Below, piece by piece: positions 32,676 to 38,387 of a stretch of 38,387 nucleotides of DNA (positions are counted from its first letter, which is position 1; each line of letters opens with the position of its first letter). Source of the stretch: Bdellovibrionia bacterium (GTDB taxonomy: Bacteria > Bdellovibrionota > UBA1018); NCBI GenBank assembly GCA_044227445.1, contig JBGAWT010000002.1, positions 1 to 38,387 on the forward strand. Direction: 5' to 3'. Made by a program: the position numbers and the translations under genes. The notes below the pieces were generated by a model, which saw only the letters and a program-made list of their open reading frames with translations, was not told the origin of the DNA and made no database searches.

Positions 32676-33112
32676 AGGTTTTCAGAGTCGAGCCTTTGTC
32701 GTACCTTTGTCGCGTGGGCGCACTCAACTCAGAGCTAAAGAAGAAGATCATCGGCGAGGTCCAAAGCCATTTTGCCCAGGAGGCGCTGGCTCCAGGACTC
32801 CCCGCCGAAGAGAAGAAGGAGCTCGAGCGTCTGAGCTCCGTTTTTCGTTTCTTTCCGTCTCGTCCCTTTGAGTCAGGGGATCCCATCTCGCCCGGAAGTC
32901 TCGTAAGGCTTGAGTTGGGTGCGCGATCGGCGCTTTACTTGCTTGTTCCCCAAGGCGGAGGACTGGTGCTCGCTGTGGACGGCGAGCCCGTGCAAGTCAT
33001 TACCGACCAATCTCCCTTAGGCGCCGAGCTTTTAGGAAAGCATGTGGGCGACACCATCGAGGTCGCAGGTCGCGCGGAGCGGCGTAAGTACCGCCTAGTC
33101 GATCATGTCTAG
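32672..33112 (+). CDS. GreA/GreB C-terminal-domain protein (Rnk-like)
   Basis: C-terminal ...GSLVRLELGARSALYLLVPQGGG......VQVITDQSPLGAELLGKHVGDTIEV matches the Gre-factor FKBP-like domain (SPLG.ALLGK.VGD..EV). Short helical N-terminus, no signal peptide. The start is uncertain (an in-frame GTG near 32714 is also possible). Confidence 0.6.
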   Translation: MKVFRVEPLSYLCRVGALNSELKKKIIGEVQSHFAQEALAPGLPAEEKKELERLSSVFRFFPSRPFESGDPISPGSLVRLELGARSALYLLVPQGGGLVLAVDGEPVQVITDQSPLGAELLGKHVGDTIEVAGRAERRKYRLVDHV

Positions 33113-34400
33113 CCTTCTTGTTTTTTTCCTCCTGGTCGCCGGACAAGCGCAAGCTGCGAGCGAGGGTGTTCGTTGGGTGATCCAGACGCGTGACTCGGGG
33201 GCGGCAAGCTCCGTGAGCGTAGAGTATATGGGCGAGCAGACCTTAAAGCGCCTTCGAGAGTACTCAGGAGGAGCATCCGAGGAGTTGAGGTATGTTCGCG
33301 CGCGCATTCCTTGGGCTGCGGCCGCAAGCAATCGCGCGGAGAAAAAGGCAGACGGCAAGTTTGAGTTCGATCTTTCGGGGCCAGGCACTCCCGGTCGGGT
33401 AGTTCCTGGGGATGACGCGCTGAACCTGTGGATTCCGCCGATAGAAGACCCCGTGATCGATTTTTTTGAGCCTCAGACTGAGTCTCGAGCGCGTTACCGC
33501 TCAATGGATCGAGAGCTCTCGGTTCTTTGGATCGTCGATGTTCAGTACGATACCGGAAGGCACAAGCCCGTCGTCGAGCGATCTGATTTCAAGGAGTCTT
33601 CTTTTGAGGCGATTTTTGACTCCGGGCCTGCCGAAACCGTCCTAACGGATGAGGAAAAAAAAGACCGCTCCTTGCCACCCCAAGCCTACGCGCTTCGAAT
33701 GAAGCTCGTGTCCAGGGCTTGGGAGCTTCACGCGCAGGATGTTCTCGCGCTTCGAAAACGCTGGGCACTGTGGATGGGATCGCGGCTGCAGGGTGGCGGG
33801 CTGAGTGCCGTTCCGGGAGCGACTTCGCAAGTGGAGCTGGATCGGTGGGCGCGATTAGAGATGGGCCTTCGCCTGGGCGCGGATTTTCCGCGCTGGGAGA
33901 GCTTGGGGGTCGACACTTGGTTTGGGGGGCTGAGCTTCGCCGTGAACGCTTCGGTCGAAAAGCGGCTCGGCCGTTGGTTTAGCTTGCTCTTGGGAAGAGG
34001 GGAGTTTGGCCTTTTTTCGGGCAATCGCTTCGGCGTTTCGAGCGCCGAGCGTTCAGTGGAAGGGTGGCTTACGCTCGGGCCTGAGATCCAATTTCGAGTG
34101 CCTGGGATCAGCATGCCTCTTTCCTCGGGGCTTTCTTTTTTCTTTGTCGATCTCTACGCGAGGCCCTTTCTTCAGTACGTTTTTTTGAATGATCCGTTGG
34201 TCGCTGATTTTGGCGCGTGGTGGTCGCTCGCATGGTCGGCGGGCCTTCGCCTTGGTCGCGGCGACTGGCGTCCGGGTGTTTTGCTGGGCGGCCCGGTGCA
34301 TTTAGCCATCAGCCTCAGGGCTCAAGGCGCGATACCCAACGTGGCTCTGAGTGGGCGCAGCTCTCCCTTGGCGTTTTGGGCCGGGGTGGAGGTGTACTGA
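33105..34400 (+). CDS. Hypothetical secreted protein, C-terminal half beta-barrel-like
   Basis: Signal peptide MSSLLVFFLLVAGQAQA. The C-terminal about 200 aa are Gly/Trp/Leu-rich alternating strands ending WAGVEVY (aromatic terminus). Overlaps both neighbours (8 nt upstream; TGATG at 34398-34402 downstream). Confidence 0.5.
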   Translation: MSSLLVFFLLVAGQAQAASEGVRWVIQTRDSGAASSVSVEYMGEQTLKRLREYSGGASEELRYVRARIPWAAAASNRAEKKADGKFEFDLSGPGTPGRVVPGDDALNLWIPPIEDPVIDFFEPQTESRARYRSMDRELSVLWIVDVQYDTGRHKPVVERSDFKESSFEAIFDSGPAETVLTDEEKKDRSLPPQAYALRMKLVSRAWELHAQDVLALRKRWALWMGSRLQGGGLSAVPGATSQVELDRWARLEMGLRLGADFPRWESLGVDTWFGGLSFAVNASVEKRLGRWFSLLLGRGEFGLFSGNRFGVSSAERSVEGWLTLGPEIQFRVPGISMPLSSGLSFFFVDLYARPFLQYVFLNDPLVADFGAWWSLAWSAGLRLGRGDWRPGVLLGGPVHLAISLRAQGAIPNVALSGRSSPLAFWAGVEVY

Positions 34401-36283
34401 TGCGAGCACTCGTCGCGCTAGTCCTCCTTACTACCGCCTGCGCATCGAGCGAGATCGGTCGCTACGCCCGGCATTCGACGCTCTCCGGGGACTCAGGACA
34501 GATGCTATCGGAGTTAGGGCAGCTCATCTCGCGCTCTCAGATTCCGCTGAGCCATGTTCCTGAAGCGTGGGTGCAAGCGGATCGAGTGCTCAAGCGCCTG
34601 ACCAATGGCGCCTCCCTCACGCGCCAGTACCGAGTCGGCGTCCTAGCCATGGGGCTACCCAATGCGTTTAGCCTTCCCGGTGGAGCCATCTACGTCACCG
34701 AGGGATTACTCTGGCGCCTGCAGGATGACGAGGCGCTTGCCGGAGTCTTGGGTCACGAGATCGCGCACGTCGAAATGCAGCATACCGCTCGGCGGATCGA
34801 TCGAGCGGTTTGGGACGTGAGCTTTGGATTGGTAGGCAGTTTTTTTGATCAGCAAGAAGAGCTCGAAAGCGATGTGTTTGCCACGGATCTCCTCAAGCGC
34901 GCCGGATATGGAGTCCAAGGGTTCTCGCGGTTCTTTGAGCTCATGCAGCGACTCGAACGCCATGGTGAGGTTCCTCCTGGCGGCTTCCTGATGTCTCATC
35001 CTCCTACCCAGCTTCGGATCGATCGCTTGGCAGCAAAGCCTCAGGCTCAATCCCGCGCGGTCGCTGAGGACTGGAGCGAAATGAAGCGCGCACTCAGGCG
35101 CGTGCGGTTCGGAATCTCTGGATCCAAACTTCCTGAGGGGCGCGCTTGGTCGGCTCACCTGTGGTTCGAGCCTTTGGACGCTGCTTTCCTCAAGCGGATC
35201 TTTGATGCCGAAGCAGGGGTACCGGTTGATCTGGGTCTGAAGCTTTCGGAGAGCCGCTTATTGTTCCTGCGTTGGCTGTGGTTGCAGAATCAAGGCACCG
35301 AGCCTGAGTGGCGGGAGTTTCTTAAGAGCGAGCTTGAGCCTCGAGCCAAGGAGCGGGAGTGGGCGCGTCTTTTGTTGGAGGAAAGCGAACCTGAGCGTGC
35401 CTCGGTCGCTCCCGTACCCGAAGGGTGCGCCAGCCGCATCGAGTGCGCTGCCAGCCAGTTTGCTTGGCATCGACTTTTATCCAAAGACGACAACGAGACA
35501 CTCAAGTGGGCGGACGCTGTGGTTGCAGACTGGAAGGCTCTGTCTGCCGAGCGGAGGCAGCACGCTTTTGTAAGGCTGTGGCGAGAGGACGCGCTGCTCT
35601 TTCAAACGGTTTTCAATTTGAATCGCCCCGTAAGACTGCGCGAGCGATCCAAGCTGGACGCCTCTAACGGAGTCACGGACGAGGACCTCGAGCAATCTGC
35701 TCGCCTCAAGGATGCACAGGTCGTCGAGTGGCATTGGCATCACGCCGAAAAAACCTGGGGCTACGATCGCTCGGGTGTGGAGGTGGTGGCGGCGCCCTGG
35801 GGATTTGCGCTTCAAGGCCCCAGTGGATGGTCTGGAATAGGCGCCTTGGGCATCGGTATGGGCTACGTCTGGCCGCGCTTTCGTATCGGCGTGGATGGCC
35901 AGTTTTTTCTTTTGACCGCTTCGGGATTCCGATTGGGACAGGGTCAAAGCGCCTCGATCTCAGGTGAGCTTCTGATCCTCCAATCCGCCGATGAGCGTTG
36001 GGAGTGGAGCTTAGGGCCTGCCTTGGGGTGGACTTCTCATCCTTCTTCGCTCAACGTGATGTCAACGGAGCTACGAATGACGACGAGCCTGAATTTCAGG
36101 TTAAATTCTGTTGCTGCTTCGCGTCAGTATTATTTGAGCCTCCGGGGTTTTGGAGGCGGAATGTTTCAAAATGCCGGATTCTTTGTGAGTTCGGGCGCCG
36201 CATTGCAGATCGCTGCGCGTTTTGGCGGCTCCCCGGCGACGGCCGAGAGCGAGGGATTTTCGGCCCCGCCTGAGTTTTTTTAG
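34400..36283 (+). CDS. M48-family zinc metallopeptidase (BepA/YfgC-like core) with about 350-aa uncharacterised C-terminal extension; possible lipoprotein
   Basis: Start reassigned to ATG 34400 (MRALVALVLLTTAC|ASS, lipobox-like), overlapping the upstream stop. LGHEIAHVEMQH (HExxH), ELESDVFATDLLKRAGY (third ligand Glu region) and MSHPPTQLRIDRL. The C-terminus is helical, then strand-like, ending PPEFF. Confidence 0.8.
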   Translation: MRALVALVLLTTACASSEIGRYARHSTLSGDSGQMLSELGQLISRSQIPLSHVPEAWVQADRVLKRLTNGASLTRQYRVGVLAMGLPNAFSLPGGAIYVTEGLLWRLQDDEALAGVLGHEIAHVEMQHTARRIDRAVWDVSFGLVGSFFDQQEELESDVFATDLLKRAGYGVQGFSRFFELMQRLERHGEVPPGGFLMSHPPTQLRIDRLAAKPQAQSRAVAEDWSEMKRALRRVRFGISGSKLPEGRAWSAHLWFEPLDAAFLKRIFDAEAGVPVDLGLKLSESRLLFLRWLWLQNQGTEPEWREFLKSELEPRAKEREWARLLLEESEPERASVAPVPEGCASRIECAASQFAWHRLLSKDDNETLKWADAVVADWKALSAERRQHAFVRLWREDALLFQTVFNLNRPVRLRERSKLDASNGVTDEDLEQSARLKDAQVVEWHWHHAEKTWGYDRSGVEVVAAPWGFALQGPSGWSGIGALGIGMGYVWPRFRIGVDGQFFLLTASGFRLGQGQSASISGELLILQSADERWEWSLGPALGWTSHPSSLNVMSTELRMTTSLNFRLNSVAASRQYYLSLRGFGGGMFQNAGFFVSSGAALQIAARFGGSPATAESEGFSAPPEFF

Positions 36284-36295
36284 CTAATATATATA

Positions 36296-36814
36296 ATGAT
36301 GAGGGCACTGATCCTTCTGATGCTGAGTTTCTCAGCCTGCGCGACCCTGCCTCGGCTTCCTTGCTCCGAGGGGGGCCAAAAAGCGCGCGAAAACGCGGTT
36401 AAAGGCGATCACCCCAACAAGCAGTGCTACCAGCGCTTGGATCGCAATAAGAAATGGGTAAACGACGGTCCTTACATCGAGTGGCACCCCAACGGTAAAC
36501 GCGCGCTCCTAGGCGAGTATCGAATGGGTCTGAAGCACGGAAAATGGGAAGAGTGGGATGACGTGGGCAAGCCGCTTTACGAGAAGCACTTTGTCGACGG
36601 CAAGGAAGTGCCCCGGTTCAATACCCCCGACAAACCGATCAAGGTAGAGCAAGCGGCTCCCGTGGCCGCAAAGCCTGGAGCCGCAGCTGCGGCGGTTCCC
36701 GTTGCTCCGGCGGCTTCTGCTGCTGCACCTGCTGCTCCAGCGGTCGCACCGACACCTCAACCCACGCCCGCAGTCGCACCTGCACCCGCACCGATATCCG
36801 AAAAGAAACCCTAA
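36296..36814 (+). CDS. MORN-repeat-variant (YwqK-like) lipoprotein with Ala/Pro-rich tail
   Basis: Lipobox MLSFSAC. NDGPYIEWHPNGKRALLGEYRMGLKHGKWEEWDDVGKPLYEKHFVDGK matches the MORN-variant G.....G.W..W..nG repeats. The last about 60 aa are A/P low complexity. Confidence 0.65.
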   Translation: MMRALILLMLSFSACATLPRLPCSEGGQKARENAVKGDHPNKQCYQRLDRNKKWVNDGPYIEWHPNGKRALLGEYRMGLKHGKWEEWDDVGKPLYEKHFVDGKEVPRFNTPDKPIKVEQAAPVAAKPGAAAAAVPVAPAASAAAPAAPAVAPTPQPTPAVAPAPAPISEKKP

Positions 36815-36817
36815 CCC

Positions 36818-38387
36818 GTGCTTCTTTGGATCCTTTCGTATCTGGGTGGTTTGCTCACGATTTTAAGTCCATGCATTCTGCCCGTCCTTCCGTTCGTGTT
36901 TAGCAACGCGCAAGGGTCTTTTAGGAAAAGCGGGATTCCGATGCTACTGGGCATGGCCGCAACCTTCGCGGCGTTCTCCTCGCTTGCGGTCTTAGGTGGC
37001 TCTTGGGCCGTAAGCGCCAACCAATGGGGAAGACTCATCGCAGGCCTGGTGCTCGTGATCTTTGCGCTGACGCTGATTTTTCCGTCGCTTGCCGAACGCA
37101 TCACCCATCCGTTGACCCAGCTGGGAGCTCGCTTGAGTCAGGCAAATCCCCAAGAGCAGTCTTGGAGTCGTTCGTTGGTGATTGGCGCAGCAACCGGTTT
37201 GCTTTGGGCTCCGTGCGCAGGTCCTATTTTGGGATTGATCCTCACGGGAGCTGCGCTTCAGGGTGCTAGCGTAGGGACTTCAGTCTTGTTGCTCGCCTAT
37301 GCGCTGGGGGCCGCCACTTCGCTTGCGCTGGCTTTGATGGCCGGAGGGCGGCTGCTCAAGACGATGAAGAAATACCTCGGCGCGGATATCTGGGTGAGGC
37401 GCGTTTTAGGTTCATTTGTTTTGCTCGGAGTTCTTGCCATCGGCTTGGGTTGGGATCGCGGCATCTTGACTCAGCTCTCGCGCCTGCAGACGGAGTCGTG
37501 GGAGCAAAAGTTGGTTCAGTGGTTGAGTCCCACTATTGCTGACAACGAGGTTCAAGAGCTTCCAGAACTCGTAGGCGCCACGCGATGGATCGGCTCGGAG
37601 CCCCTTTTGAAAGAGAGTTTGCGGGGCAAGACCGTGCTCGTGGATTTTTGGACCTACTCCTGCATCAACTGCCTGCGCTCCATTCCTTATGTCCAGGCCT
37701 GGTGGGAAAAGTATCGATCCAGAGGGCTTGTTGTCATCGGCGTGCACGCGCCCGAATTCGCGTTCGAAAAAGACGTCGCTTCGGTGCAAGCAAAAGTGCA
37801 CGAGCTGGGGCTGAGCTACCCTGTGGCCGTGGACAATGAGTTCAAACTTTGGCGGGCGTTTAAAAATCGCTACTGGCCGGCTCACTACTTGATCGATGGA
37901 AGCGGGAAGATCAAGCATCGCCAATTCGGCGAAGGCGATTACGAATCCACCGAGAAGGCGATTCAAGATCTGCTTGCTGAGCGAGATGGGAAGCCCAGTG
38001 ACGGGCAATTTGTCCGGATCACCGCTCGTGGCGCTCAAGCTCAGGGCTCCGAGGCCTCAGAGCAATCGCCCGAAACCTATGTCGGATACGCTCGAGCGGA
38101 GCATCGGATCTCCGAGCCCGAGGCCGTGCGTGAGCGCGAGCAGAGCTATAGTCTAGGACGCGACCCCGCTCGCGATGAATGGGGCCTCACCGGACGGTGG
38201 ATCGTGCGCGAGGAGCATTCCGAGAACGCGGCGCCCGGTGCGAAGATCGTGTACCGTTTTCATGCCCGGGACTTGCATCTGGTGCTCGGACCCGGGGTGA
38301 GCGGCAAGCCGGTGCGATTTAGAGTGAAGCTCAATGGCAAGGCGCCTGGTGCAGCCCATGGCATGGATATTGATGCGGGCGGGAACG
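36818..38387 (+). CDS. DipZ-type protein: CcdA/DsbD-like transmembrane thiol-disulfide transporter fused to a thioredoxin-like (redoxin) domain; 3' end beyond the window (absent from the ORF track)
   Basis: Manual translation from GTG 36818 (3 nt after the upstream TAA) is open to the window end: VLLWILSYLGGLLTILSPCILPVLPFVF...LLWAPCAGPILGLIL (the two conserved membrane Cys)...GKTVLVDFWTYSCINCLRSIPYVQAWWEKYRSRGLVVIGVHAPEFAFEKD (CxxC redoxin)...YWPAHYLIDGSGKIKHRQFGEG. Track ORFs 36811..37104 and 37412..38038 are antisense to it. Confidence 0.85.
   Translation, partial: MLLWILSYLGGLLTILSPCILPVLPFVFSNAQGSFRKSGIPMLLGMAATFAAFSSLAVLGGSWAVSANQWGRLIAGLVLVIFALTLIFPSLAERITHPLTQLGARLSQANPQEQSWSRSLVIGAATGLLWAPCAGPILGLILTGAALQGASVGTSVLLLAYALGAATSLALALMAGGRLLKTMKKYLGADIWVRRVLGSFVLLGVLAIGLGWDRGILTQLSRLQTESWEQKLVQWLSPTIADNEVQELPELVGATRWIGSEPLLKESLRGKTVLVDFWTYSCINCLRSIPYVQAWWEKYRSRGLVVIGVHAPEFAFEKDVASVQAKVHELGLSYPVAVDNEFKLWRAFKNRYWPAHYLIDGSGKIKHRQFGEGDYESTEKAIQDLLAERDGKPSDGQFVRITARGAQAQGSEASEQSPETYVGYARAEHRISEPEAVREREQSYSLGRDPARDEWGLTGRWIVREEHSENAAPGAKIVYRFHARDLHLVLGPGVSGKPVRFRVKLNGKAPGAAHGMDIDAGGN

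Noticed and set aside
34217-34399. 61-codon N-terminal extension of the M48 ORF
   Set aside because: The extension lies wholly inside the preceding gene. ATG 34400 gives a signal/lipobox N-terminus and a TGATG stop-start overlap.
37412-38038. 208-aa minus-strand ORF (also 36811..37104)
   Set aside because: It is antisense to the DipZ-type gene, whose + frame is open from 36818 to the window end and contains the SPC, APC and CxxC motifs.
1-38387. Search for CRISPR arrays, tRNA/rRNA genes, transposases, integrases, phage or defence-system genes
   Set aside because: I saw no regularly spaced direct repeats, no cloverleaf-like or rRNA-like conserved segments in the short intergenic regions, and no recombinase, nuclease or ATPase motifs typical of mobile elements or known defence systems. 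The window reads as core chromosome with envelope functions.

Overview
This is a 38.4-kb chromosomal window from a GC-rich (roughly 55-60% by eye) diderm bacterium. The many secreted hydrolases and Pro/Ala-rich tails resemble Bdellovibrionota- or Myxococcota-type lineages, but taxonomy cannot be established from this window. About 40 tightly packed protein genes are present, and I recognised no rRNA, tRNA, CRISPR array, transposase or integrase. All family calls rest on motifs I read in the translations; no database search was possible.

Gene blocks, left to right:
- Left edge to 6.2 kb: a partial GAF protein, thiolase, a choloylglycine-hydrolase-type Ntn hydrolase, a PilZ membrane protein and small Gly-rich secreted proteins.
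- 5.8-7.0 kb: a 27-bp perfect inverted repeat, followed by a lower-GC three-ORF module that includes a poly-lysine peptide.
- 7-12.5 kb: tolB sits downstream of a secreted metallophosphoesterase/nucleotidyltransferase-like fusion. A UshA-type 5'-nucleotidase and a cupin are transcribed divergently from it.
- 12.9 kb: a textbook sigma-54 promoter precedes an unknown secreted protein.
- 13.6-18.8 kb: tolQ-tolR-tolA, preceded on the same strand by a GH15 glucoamylase and a His-less CPBP protein.
- 18.9-23.2 kb: ftsE-ftsX-envC-ctpA.
- 23.3-27.4 kb: GST, two secreted unknowns and xseA.
- 27.4-38.4 kb: an envelope cluster. It holds an active M23 peptidase coupled to an SH3b/beta-barrel protein, and an OmpR/HK two-component pair divergent from a six-gene operon. 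That operon is Omp85-family, Gre/Rnk-like, putative OMP, M48 peptidase with a long novel C-terminus, MORN lipoprotein and DipZ-type thiol reductase.

Items most worth a second look:
- tolA carries an in-frame TAA inside its conserved C-terminal domain.
- The TM3 segment of ftsX appears to be encoded in a different frame from the long ORF.
- The TCS-linked Omp85/M48/DipZ operon may be an uncharacterised outer-membrane quality-control module.
- The phosphoesterase fusion has degenerate motifs in both domains.

Most other long track ORFs are antisense artefacts of high GC.
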